Shown here in pieces: positions 14,185-23,905 of a stretch of 64,000 nt of DNA. Position 1 is the first letter of the stretch; each line of letters starts with the position of its first letter. The notes beneath the pieces are model-generated. The model saw only the letters and a list, made by a program, of their open reading frames with translations, had not been told where the DNA came from and did no database searches. The translations under genes were made by a program, and so were the position numbers. The stretch lies in sequence record NC_048173.1; one strand, written 5' to 3'.

Positions 14185-17100
14185 TTACACGCTCAGGGTG
14201 GAATCATGAATCATAACATCAAGGACAGTTGCCGTTGTTGCATCAAAATAGATGTCAACGTACTTGCCGCCCGCGAATGCACGTTCTTCCGTCCAGAACA
14301 TAACCGGAGCTTTCGCCCCGCCCGATTGACGCATTGCCAGAATATAATCTTTCCCCGTAGGGACGGCGATGGTCTGGCCGCCCACTGCATTAGTACCAGT
14401 TAGCGTGGTTGGACTTGCAGGATTAGGTATCTTCACGCCCGTCATTGCAGCATTGGATACCGCGAGTTTTGTCGTACCGTCTTGCACCAGCTCGAACGCA
14501 ATATAGCACGGCGAGTTACCCGGGGCTTCATTAACAACGAAGGCCAGCGCGTTAGGCTGATTTAACAGCGCACCAGTCAGATTCAACGTAGCGTTACCCG
14601 ACAACGTTCCTTTAGAAACGCCGTTAAGGTATACATCCGCTGAATCATCTACTTGCACATTCAACACCAACGATGTTGATGTTGGTGTAAACGTGGTTTT
14701 CGTTGCCCAAGCGGTTCCGGCTGCCAGTTTACTCTCTGGGATGAGGGTAATTGCTGGTGAAGCCAGTGGTGGGCTATAGGCGCTAGCACGTGTCCCAACA
14801 TTCGGCCAAAGTTTCTCGGCATAGTTGGTCAGTAACATCCACGGCGCGGGGGACGCAGGGAAAGACAGGCGCTGGACTGTGTCGAAGTTACCGCCTAACT
14901 GGTTTGCTGTTTCCAGCGCTGCAGCAGTACCGTAAGACTTCGTTAAATCCGCACCCGGACGAGTGATGTTCCAGAATCGTGTAGCATTCTGAGACGTGGC
15001 CCCGTACCCAAAGCGACAACTGCGTGCAAAGGTCGGTGCTGCTGTCACCAAGTCCACTTCCGCGTATTTATACGTGGCTGTGTTTCTCAGCTGACTTAAC
15101 GTTAACCCTTTCTTCGCCGCAATGATGGCTCGGATATTGTCATCGCGTACACCGGTGGTCGGCAGTAGTGCATGTTCTACCGCGATATACAGCATGTTAC
15201 CGCGACGTTCAGCATACACGTGCGCATACCACTTACTCCATGCCAGCAAGTCCGTGGTATCCGCATCCAACGTGGCGATTAACTTAGATGACGCCTGACG
15301 GTAGTTCTCTTTGAGCTGAATCAGACCAGACAGGTTAACGTGCGACTCAATTGAGTTGCCGATAGCCAGACATAACGTCTTCTCGACGTTTGCCGTGGTG
15401 TCTTCCTTCTTCAGCGCAGCAAGCACTACTGCAACCCCGTCGTTGTCACCGTCGTTGGACGTGATAACCGTGTTGAACACATAGTCACCCACCAATTCAT
15501 CCGAGATAAAGCCCACGAACGTTGCGGTGTTTAACGTACATTCAACGACGTCGTCGGCTGCCACGTATTTCCATGCTGCCAGTTCGGAGTCATTCGCCGG
15601 CTGGTCTGCAGTGGAGTTGTTGTGGCTGAAACGGTACCAGCTGTTATAGATGTCTGCGAACGATGGGAAGGCAAACGAGTCTACCGTCCCCAAGTTTTCC
15701 ATGTTCGAGTACAACGTATCTGGCGCAGCCGCACTTGGCAGGTAGTTGTGTGCATAGCGGTTGTCAGCATGACTCAACAGTGCACCTACACGGCCCAGAC
15801 GTTTCACACGGCTGATTTTCGCTTCGGTAATCGCGTTGCTGGATGTTGTTGCATAACCGATATACAACCGGGAGTCAGTATCAGCAAGTTTCGTTTTCGA
15901 GACCAGATACTCCGCCGCTCCAGACGCGTTTAACTGCACATGGAAATAGAGCGTAGCATTCTGGTAGTCCGTAGGGAATAGCGTTTTGAAATCGAACGTC
16001 GCCGCAGGGACAAGGTGGTCTTCCATCTTCGCAAAGAACGGAACCGCTTGCGTGATGTACAGAATCATCCCTTCTGCGACTTGCGGGCCAAAGAGAATTG
16101 TGGGGCGACCACCGGTTTCAAACGCAATACCTTTCCCGCTGTAAACCGTCCCCCCTAGATAAACTCCGAGCATTACAAAACCAATTTTTGCGATCTCATC
16201 CGTTTCCTGAAGATACACATAATCGATTTCATTATTAGACGGGTTAAACGAAATACGCGTGCCTGTCCATGTTGTCAAATCTTGAGAGATTTTCAACAGG
16301 TAACTCAAGTCGGTACTAGAGCTACTGGTATTCACACGACATAGCGTTCTTGTCCTTAATAACCAGCCGTCGGCACGCTTAATCAAACGCATCTGACTCA
16401 TCTCTGCCAAATCATTGAGCGTGACCGCAGACACCCTGAATTTCTCTTCCTTCCACACCTCGACACCACTGATCATCGACAGAGAAATAATTCCATTGTC
16501 AAACGTCATCGGGATACGGTAGAAATAAGTGCTGTTATCAAACCCACCGGCCGTAGCGTTCGGAGTCAGAATACAAGTTTGCAGCACGCAGAGGTTTTGT
16601 CCTCCGAAGTCAAAGATACTCAGCCAAGCGATACGCAGCGTAGGATCAATAGCCAACCAGCCCGGAATTTTCGCGTCTAAGAAGTTTTCAATAGCTGACC
16701 ACTGCTCAGCACTGATAGCAACCCTCTCGTTGGTGATGACGGTGGTGCCTGCAATATTTCGATACGCACGACTTTCTGCCTTTCTAAACGAAGCACCGTT
16801 GAGATAGGATTGGCTACCGTTATAGACTTGTCCCAGGCGACAAATCGCTTCGTAGTCATTTTGCGACACGGTCTCACGATCATTAGACGGCCCCCAACCC
16901 GTATAATCCGGCACACCGTAGGTAGTGTCCGTGTCGTACGCGATGCTCATACACGACCCGGTGCTACGTTGACGAAGAAGCATTTTCTTGGCAGTGCCGC
17001 CCAAAGCCGCCATCCCGCGCATTCTAAGAATGTACGGCGAAGCGTATGGACCAAGCACATTCACACTGTTTCCAATTAAGTTGGTCCAATCGGCATTCCA

Positions 17101-19869
17101 GTGCGCGCTTTCAAACGCGTCAGTATTTGGTAAGCGGAAACGCACCAAAAAGTCTTCTGCATCTGAGTTGCCGATACCGGTGACCCTATCCCCCTGAACG
17201 AACAGGCACATAGTGTACCCGTAGAAAAGATTGTTCGAGGTTTGACCGTATTTCCCTTTCGGGAAGGTCAACCCGGTTTCATCAACACACAACGGGAAGA
17301 AATCGTCGTCGAGCGTGGCCGTTTTCGCGGAGAGATCGATAACATAAGACACCGTCCACTGAGGATCGCTATTTCGAATACCCTGCGCCTGCAACGAAGA
17401 ACGGGCATGCAAACGAACACGAATTTTATTGCCTTTTGCTGCAGCATAAATGTTTCTGCGGCTAAAGCTGATCATATTACGCGAAGTCCATTTCGCGGCC
17501 CCTTCTGGTGTGATGTACCAAAAGTTTGTCGTGTTAGGGTCAGTGGAGTTGGTACCATACGTTGAAAAACGCGCAGCATCACCCGCGGGGTACTTCCCAG
17601 TTAGCGGCACTTTGGACATCAGCAGGTCGGAAGTTTTCCCGACTAGACTTTCATCCAACGTCCAAATACAGGTATAAAAGTCTTGGGGGACCAAGTACAT
17701 TTTAAGCAGGCACACTTTCCCCTCGGTTAACACCAACCGGTCTTCATTGGTGTTAAAGTACGAAGGGGTAATTGGGTCGACTGTTCCGCCATTAAGCGCT
17801 TCCAAGGTCACGCGCGAGACACGGGTGTGTTTCGCCATGTTCATGGTACCGTCAAACATAACCAAATAGTATTTGTCATCGGTCCCTTGGAAAATACCGC
17901 ATTCATCACCAATGACAGTGACCGTTTTGAACTTCACGTTCGGGGCGATAGCTTTTAGCCCCACGGGCACATACTCTACGGTGGTTGGAATCGGATTGGA
18001 AACTGCGCCTGTTTCACTCACATCCGCTGTCCAATACAACACCATCTCGGAGCCGGCATACCCGCTCGTGGCATTACGAAGCACATAGAACTTACCGTTC
18101 TCTTCCCGACCGATGTTTGCCCGAAGTGCGGCTTCCATTTGTTGAGACGAGCCGTCGTAACGACCGGCGGTTGGGATAGGCAGGAAGCCACTGTCTCCGT
18201 AATACGTACCGCTGGCCACCCACGACGGTAACAGGTTGTTGGCTTTGTCTTCCGCCCCATCGATATCCAGCTTTAACTGATAACCGAGTTTAGAGACTGC
18301 CGCCCGTTGAGTCGTGTAGTCGATACCTGCCGCCAAATACGCCAACCCCGACAGAATAGGTGAGGCGGTTGGGACATTCTGCAAGTCTGCGGCGACGTGG
18401 GTGTGGACTTTCAGCGCCTTCGTGGTTAACTGGTCACGGAACACTTGTGTCACTGGCTTGTCAGCCGGTGCTGTGTTGTTGACCTTATCCAGACCAAACG
18501 ACAGTGCCGTCAGGTTAATGGTTTGGGTCGAACCGAAGGCTGCGTTGTTGATTTTGAAAGTCTCATCAACGTAGTTATTCAGTTTCAACAGCAGGTCGTT
18601 CACTCCCTTCTGTGACAGCGCGTAGTTCGGCGCAATAACCTCTACACTGTCTGTCAAACGGAACAGCCCTTCTACGGTATTCGTCGCAGCCGGGGTCTGA
18701 GCCGTCATGTTCAGTGGGGACTGCGTCGAGCCATTACCGCCCATCAACACCGTCGACGTGGACTTGAAGCTCGGTTGAGCATTCGAGTTCAGTGGGGCGT
18801 AAAGGTACAGGTTAATGGACTCTGGGGTAATCAAGAAAGCGCCGTTATAAATCGGACGGACATCTTTCGCCCCAGCAGCATTACCTTTGGAAGGTACGAA
18901 CAGCTCATCATAACCTGCACGGGAGGACACGCCTACCCCACGCTGGTTGTTGTCACTGTCTGCCGCCAGTTCAATGACCGCTTCTGTACCGGTCAACAGG
19001 ATTTTGCCCGCGGTGAACCGCAGGGCAGACTTCCCGTCTTGCGTGGCGTACATCAGCTCATCGTTATTGATAGCACGGAACCGTCCAAAGACTTGGCCCA
19101 TGGTATCTTCGAGCAGCCCATCCACGATACGCTGTGAGATTTTGTGCTCGACCATAATCGCCACTAACTCAGCGAGCGTCTTACTGAACGCTTTCACTGC
19201 GTTGGTTGCGGCATCCCCTGCCGCTAACGCCCCGATTTGTGCCGGGGTGTATTTGTGCTGATGAGGTGTTCTATGGTGCTGTAACAGTTTATCCGCATAC
19301 AGCTTTTGGGCTGCACGAGACAAAGCGGTTAAGGCGGCATTAATCTCAGTGTCGAGTTGACCAGCCTTCGCTTCAATCTTCAGACGGATACCATCAATCG
19401 ACTTCGCCACCTCATCACGCTGTAGCGCTTCGGCAAGCGTTGCGGGTGGGTCAATTGGGTCAATGGTAATTGGGTAGCGCATCAACGATTTCCAGTCGAT
19501 GTTGCGCGGTTCGGTCAGTTCAGGATTAACTAAGAAGATGCCAATGTCCGATTCAGGAACCGAATAAGACGAACCGAGAACCTGAGCTTTGTAGGTAATC
19601 TCGGTTTTGGTCAGTAGCATTATCCCGCCGAAAAGCTGAGCGTTTGCAGCGTGGGCACCCTCTGAGTAATACAACGCGAGGTAGTAATCAATACCTTCAA
19701 ATAACAGATTCCCCGCTGTGTCCTTAACCTCTAAGCCGTTACGAAAGAAGGGCGCCTCGGGAGGCACCACTAAATTGAAACGGTTAGGATAAGTGGACGA
19801 CTTGAGGGAACCTTCCGCGATGTTATCAGGGCTTTCGCCCGTCAAATCTTCGGGATAATGTTTTCTCAT
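14185..19869 (-). CDS. Giant tail-fibre/baseplate-fibre protein (1894 aa)
   Basis: YPEDLTG N-domain. HHRTPHQH, LDKVNNTAPADKPV and HTHVAADL fibre motifs. Beta-rich C-terminal domains. Confidence 0.75.
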   Translation of the reverse strand: MRKHYPEDLTGESPDNIAEGSLKSSTYPNRFNLVVPPEAPFFRNGLEVKDTAGNLLFEGIDYYLALYYSEGAHAANAQLFGGIMLLTKTEITYKAQVLGSSYSVPESDIGIFLVNPELTEPRNIDWKSLMRYPITIDPIDPPATLAEALQRDEVAKSIDGIRLKIEAKAGQLDTEINAALTALSRAAQKLYADKLLQHHRTPHQHKYTPAQIGALAAGDAATNAVKAFSKTLAELVAIMVEHKISQRIVDGLLEDTMGQVFGRFRAINNDELMYATQDGKSALRFTAGKILLTGTEAVIELAADSDNNQRGVGVSSRAGYDELFVPSKGNAAGAKDVRPIYNGAFLITPESINLYLYAPLNSNAQPSFKSTSTVLMGGNGSTQSPLNMTAQTPAATNTVEGLFRLTDSVEVIAPNYALSQKGVNDLLLKLNNYVDETFKINNAAFGSTQTINLTALSFGLDKVNNTAPADKPVTQVFRDQLTTKALKVHTHVAADLQNVPTASPILSGLAYLAAGIDYTTQRAAVSKLGYQLKLDIDGAEDKANNLLPSWVASGTYYGDSGFLPIPTAGRYDGSSQQMEAALRANIGREENGKFYVLRNATSGYAGSEMVLYWTADVSETGAVSNPIPTTVEYVPVGLKAIAPNVKFKTVTVIGDECGIFQGTDDKYYLVMFDGTMNMAKHTRVSRVTLEALNGGTVDPITPSYFNTNEDRLVLTEGKVCLLKMYLVPQDFYTCIWTLDESLVGKTSDLLMSKVPLTGKYPAGDAARFSTYGTNSTDPNTTNFWYITPEGAAKWTSRNMISFSRRNIYAAAKGNKIRVRLHARSSLQAQGIRNSDPQWTVSYVIDLSAKTATLDDDFFPLCVDETGLTFPKGKYGQTSNNLFYGYTMCLFVQGDRVTGIGNSDAEDFLVRFRLPNTDAFESAHWNADWTNLIGNSVNVLGPYASPYILRMRGMAALGGTAKKMLLRQRSTGSCMSIAYDTDTTYGVPDYTGWGPSNDRETVSQNDYEAICRLGQVYNGSQSYLNGASFRKAESRAYRNIAGTTVITNERVAISAEQWSAIENFLDAKIPGWLAIDPTLRIAWLSIFDFGGQNLCVLQTCILTPNATAGGFDNSTYFYRIPMTFDNGIISLSMISGVEVWKEEKFRVSAVTLNDLAEMSQMRLIKRADGWLLRTRTLCRVNTSSSSTDLSYLLKISQDLTTWTGTRISFNPSNNEIDYVYLQETDEIAKIGFVMLGVYLGGTVYSGKGIAFETGGRPTILFGPQVAEGMILYITQAVPFFAKMEDHLVPAATFDFKTLFPTDYQNATLYFHVQLNASGAAEYLVSKTKLADTDSRLYIGYATTSSNAITEAKISRVKRLGRVGALLSHADNRYAHNYLPSAAAPDTLYSNMENLGTVDSFAFPSFADIYNSWYRFSHNNSTADQPANDSELAAWKYVAADDVVECTLNTATFVGFISDELVGDYVFNTVITSNDGDNDGVAVVLAALKKEDTTANVEKTLCLAIGNSIESHVNLSGLIQLKENYRQASSKLIATLDADTTDLLAWSKWYAHVYAERRGNMLYIAVEHALLPTTGVRDDNIRAIIAAKKGLTLSQLRNTATYKYAEVDLVTAAPTFARSCRFGYGATSQNATRFWNITRPGADLTKSYGTAAALETANQLGGNFDTVQRLSFPASPAPWMLLTNYAEKLWPNVGTRASAYSPPLASPAITLIPESKLAAGTAWATKTTFTPTSTSLVLNVQVDDSADVYLNGVSKGTLSGNATLNLTGALLNQPNALAFVVNEAPGNSPCYIAFELVQDGTTKLAVSNAAMTGVKIPNPASPTTLTGTNAVGGQTIAVPTGKDYILAMRQSGGAKAPVMFWTEERAFAGGKYVDIYFDATTATVLDVMIHDSTLSV

Positions 19870-19872
19870 TAC

Positions 19873-22800
19873 TTATTCCTTTTCAAGATTTAGCTGCGTA
19901 ACCACGAAGTCCCAGTTACGCTGGGTCAGGTTCCATGGGTTCTGCATTGCAATCATTGGGATTTTACCGAACTCGTAAGCATACCAATTCGCCACGTTTG
20001 TTTCGAGCGTCTTGGTCGTGTTGTCGTTGTACGTGATGGTAAACTTCGCTTTCACGAAACACGTTAAAGCGCCTGCCGTTGGTTCAGTGGTTACGGTGAA
20101 GTAACCTTTAAAGTTAGCACTCGGCACATAATTGATAGTTGCTGTAGCGTTACCCACCGCACCCGCTTGGTTGGACTTAGCAACCTGTAGACCATCTACC
20201 CACGCGCTTAGTACACCCTGTCCCGCGAGATTCACGGACACAGTTTTGGCGTTGGTCAATAGTCCCGGCTCGATATGCGTTGCGGCATAACCCCGACGAT
20301 TAAGGTTTGCCAATCCGATAGCAGTCCCCGCATCAGTTCCCGGGTTCAGGAAATCATCCGTCAGTACCGGTGTTACCCCAAACGTTGACTCACGCGAACC
20401 CGTCGTCCACAGCCCGTGAGGAACCGCGTACGAGGCAGTGTCGCGTAAAATGTTCGTCGTCTCTTCGGTGAGTATCACCTGTGTGGCAATATCCACGTCC
20501 GCCATCTCTGTACCTAAGAAGAACCCAACACGACCACGTTGGAGTCCGTTCTTTTTCGCCGCATACGCCGACAGCTCAGAGCCACGGATATACGACTTAA
20601 TAAGGCCAGTGTGGTAGTTCAGACGCGTCAGGTATTCCGTTGGGATACTGCAATCAAAGATAGAACCCATGATGCGGTAGCCCAGTTTGCTTGAAGAGGC
20701 GTAACCGACGTACGGCCCTTCAAAGAAACGCGAAATGTCCTGTTCGAACACCAAGGTGCAGAAACGGTGAACCTCAACGCGAGTGTCGTCGTCCACTACC
20801 CCGATAAGGATATTAAGACGCTTTTCTGCCGGGATATAACGGTAGCGTGTAGCCAGTACCCGCGGTTTCTTAATACTCGTACCGTCGACGTGGGTCGGGA
20901 AGTTAAAGCTTGCTGCTACTTCAACATCTTCAGCGCGTACAAATGGGACGAGGTTAGTCCGTGGGATTTCAACATACGGCAACGCAACCGGCTGCGGGGT
21001 CACTTCATTAACGAACGCAATCGATGCCTGTGCTTTCGCCGCGATATCAATCGCAAACAAAGACAGTACCTCGTGCTTACCGTTAACGGGGGCGGCAACA
21101 AACTCGAGAATCCCCGACTCGTTCGACATGAAGGAACCGTCGTAGGTGACTTGTCGTTTTGCCTGCGGGTTGGCCATGTTCTTCCAACGATAAGGAGACT
21201 GACCCTTCACCCCAACCCACACCCGTAGCCCACCTGCCGCGGCAGCGCCTTCTGCTACCACGAGAGTACCTTGCGTACGCAACGCCATTCCCGCCGTGTT
21301 AGAGAACATTGCCACGCTCGGGGTCGAGGTCACTGACTTATCGGCCACACCGTACGGCTCAGTAATCTCCAAACCGGGCACTTTCACATCAGCAGGACTG
21401 TAGTCGCTCGCTGTCGTGTCAATACCGCCGTGGGCGCGCTGGTCAGCAATATGCTCTTGCAGCTCACGGAACTGACCGAAGTCAATCACTTGGTTAAACT
21501 GAATCGGGCCACCTGAGGTAATCACTGCGGTAGCGTTCGTGTCAACGTAACCCAGATACAACATCTCAGTGTTCAGCGAGTCACTCGGTACCGGTGCACC
21601 CACCGCTTGGAATTTACCCAAGGTAACGTTTCCGTAAATAAAGAAACGCATGTTGGCAGTAGGCAGGTTGTTGGCGATGGTGCCGACCTTGGTAGCCGCC
21701 GAACTGTTGTACACAGGTGTAGCGCCGTCCATGACATCGAAGGCAATCGACGCTGGCTTAGTGGTGTCTTCGCACAACGACAGAATAGCAATCGCATGCA
21801 CACCCGGCAGTAACTCGATTTCCACATTCGGATCGGTCGCTGCTTCAATAACCGGGTTTTCATCCACCCAGATAGACACTTTACCCGCAGACCGTACGCG
21901 GATTTTGATAATGTCATCCGTAAAGCGCAAACGCACCTTCGCTGCCAGTCGCACGTTAGCCCCGCCCAAACGGTTATTCGCCGTAGAAACAGCAACCGCT
22001 TGTGGCAATGGGTTAGCCGGCTGGGTGTTATGCACCACACCCGCATTCCAGTTGTTCTCGATACCGCACGCGGTGTAATACCACGTCCCGCTCGGCACCG
22101 CCGCAAGGTTAACCACCCCGTCAAACGTCCCTTCCGCTGAGTCAAGGGCACGAGCCACGAAATAACGGTACGCCGTGGTCGGCGTCAGGTTCCAGCCCGA
22201 TACGTTAAAGGTGACCGACTCCACCGTCGTGAACTCTAAGGTGTCTTTGTACATCACACCGAAGAAACGTTTGTTGATATCCGCCAAACGGTCGTTCAAC
22301 GCTTTAAGTACCGCGGGGGCAACCGCCTGACCGTCTTCCACTTCAGAAAGCTGGGAGGCAATCTTCACGGTACCGTACGCCATGCGGGTGGCTTGCCCAA
22401 TCTGCAGCATTGACCAGTCGTGCTTGTGGTCTTTGGCTACTAAGGCATCCGTACGCGCCTTCTGCGGCGTTGAGAGCGGTTTATTCAAGTCAGCAGTGTT
22501 ATCTACCGAACCCAAGTTTAAATCGCCCTTATCGAGGGTAATGCCGGCACCGGACATCGGCTTGTTGTTAATCAACAGCGTCTTCGGCACCATGTCATTA
22601 AAACCGTCGTTGTACGGCTTACCGGAGGCGGGCGTGGCCGCTACGCCATCAGCCACTGCACCCGGGCCTGTTACGAGTTTTACCTTTCCCGGGAGCGCTT
22701 TGGTGGCTTTCGGGATGTTCAGGTCAGCTTCAAGCGGTGCAGACGGTGTACCTTTCCCTTTGAACGTCATGTTCGTTGAGGAGATATTAATCTGCACGTT

Positions 22801-23895
22801 CTCAGGGTCGCCGTTAACGTCCTTCGACTGATACTTCTTCACCGTACGGCCAGTCAGTAAAGCCACACCGTTTAAGGTGAGCTTATCAACGCCCAATGCT
22901 GTACCGTTGGTGGTAACCCGCAGGGTGTTCGTCCCACAGACATACTCAACGTATTTCGCGCCTGACAAGTCCGTCCCTGCCGCTGCCACAATACCACCTT
23001 GTGTAATCAGCTGAATCTTCGCAGCCGACAGAATCAGTTTGGTGGTGTTGGTGCTATCAGCAATAACGGTGGCTCCGTCCGCAAACTGGAAGGTGCCTTT
23101 AACGTTCTTCGACAGATAGCGGTGGAGGTACAGTTGGATATCCGCATCGGACAAACCCTGTGAGCGAATGTTTTCAATCAGCTCGCGCAGGTTTTTCCCG
23201 TAGGCCAGAAACGTATCCGGAACTTCCAACCCGACCGGGTGCGCGTTAAGCTGGGTCGGGGTGACACTGTGCGGGTCAGTTGCCGCAATGTGCGCCGGGT
23301 AGTTAAACGCTTCGATATCCGTGAACAGTTGGTTCGCCTGTCGCGTTAATGCTTGCAAGTCCGTTTTCAGGTCTTGCACATCGGCATCAACAGCAGCCGC
23401 CACATCATCCACAGCAGATGCGGTGTACTGTTTGTTTTTGGCATCGGCCCAACTGGTATAGCTGGGCTTTTGTGGGAACAGCGCAGGCACCCCATTCAGC
23501 GAACGGTAGCTGGCCGAACGGGGGTTGTTAATGTACTTAATCAGGTAGTCCAGAATCTCTGTCAGCGGGTCGTAGAAATCACCCCCCAACAGATTTCCGT
23601 TGAACACGAGATTACCACTGATTTCAGGATTAATGAACTGGACACCGCAGTAGACCGGTGGTGCATCTGTAGCCAATGAAGCCTTCAGTGCCGACAGCTC
23701 ATAAACGTATTCGTAGTCGGAGCCTTCGTCCAACGGGGTGGTGCTATTCCCGTTGAAGATTTGTAACGCCCCGAAGAACGGGGCATGGCTTAACATGATA
23801 ACACGGTCGGTGTTCTCATTGGACTCGAGAATACGCTCCTCAGTGAAGACGTTAGTAGTCGCCTTCCCTGTCGGGTCGTACGGATATCTAGTCAT
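19873..23895 (-). CDS. Giant tail-fibre-like protein (1340 aa)
   Basis: YPYDPTG N-domain. HIAATDPH, LGSVDNTADLNKPLS and HKHDWS motifs. Paralog of its neighbours. Confidence 0.75.
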   Translation of the reverse strand: MTRYPYDPTGKATTNVFTEERILESNENTDRVIMLSHAPFFGALQIFNGNSTTPLDEGSDYEYVYELSALKASLATDAPPVYCGVQFINPEISGNLVFNGNLLGGDFYDPLTEILDYLIKYINNPRSASYRSLNGVPALFPQKPSYTSWADAKNKQYTASAVDDVAAAVDADVQDLKTDLQALTRQANQLFTDIEAFNYPAHIAATDPHSVTPTQLNAHPVGLEVPDTFLAYGKNLRELIENIRSQGLSDADIQLYLHRYLSKNVKGTFQFADGATVIADSTNTTKLILSAAKIQLITQGGIVAAAGTDLSGAKYVEYVCGTNTLRVTTNGTALGVDKLTLNGVALLTGRTVKKYQSKDVNGDPENVQINISSTNMTFKGKGTPSAPLEADLNIPKATKALPGKVKLVTGPGAVADGVAATPASGKPYNDGFNDMVPKTLLINNKPMSGAGITLDKGDLNLGSVDNTADLNKPLSTPQKARTDALVAKDHKHDWSMLQIGQATRMAYGTVKIASQLSEVEDGQAVAPAVLKALNDRLADINKRFFGVMYKDTLEFTTVESVTFNVSGWNLTPTTAYRYFVARALDSAEGTFDGVVNLAAVPSGTWYYTACGIENNWNAGVVHNTQPANPLPQAVAVSTANNRLGGANVRLAAKVRLRFTDDIIKIRVRSAGKVSIWVDENPVIEAATDPNVEIELLPGVHAIAILSLCEDTTKPASIAFDVMDGATPVYNSSAATKVGTIANNLPTANMRFFIYGNVTLGKFQAVGAPVPSDSLNTEMLYLGYVDTNATAVITSGGPIQFNQVIDFGQFRELQEHIADQRAHGGIDTTASDYSPADVKVPGLEITEPYGVADKSVTSTPSVAMFSNTAGMALRTQGTLVVAEGAAAAGGLRVWVGVKGQSPYRWKNMANPQAKRQVTYDGSFMSNESGILEFVAAPVNGKHEVLSLFAIDIAAKAQASIAFVNEVTPQPVALPYVEIPRTNLVPFVRAEDVEVAASFNFPTHVDGTSIKKPRVLATRYRYIPAEKRLNILIGVVDDDTRVEVHRFCTLVFEQDISRFFEGPYVGYASSSKLGYRIMGSIFDCSIPTEYLTRLNYHTGLIKSYIRGSELSAYAAKKNGLQRGRVGFFLGTEMADVDIATQVILTEETTNILRDTASYAVPHGLWTTGSRESTFGVTPVLTDDFLNPGTDAGTAIGLANLNRRGYAATHIEPGLLTNAKTVSVNLAGQGVLSAWVDGLQVAKSNQAGAVGNATATINYVPSANFKGYFTVTTEPTAGALTCFVKAKFTITYNDNTTKTLETNVANWYAYEFGKIPMIAMQNPWNLTQRNWDFVVTQLNLEKE

Positions 23896-23905
23896 TACGA
23901 ATCCT

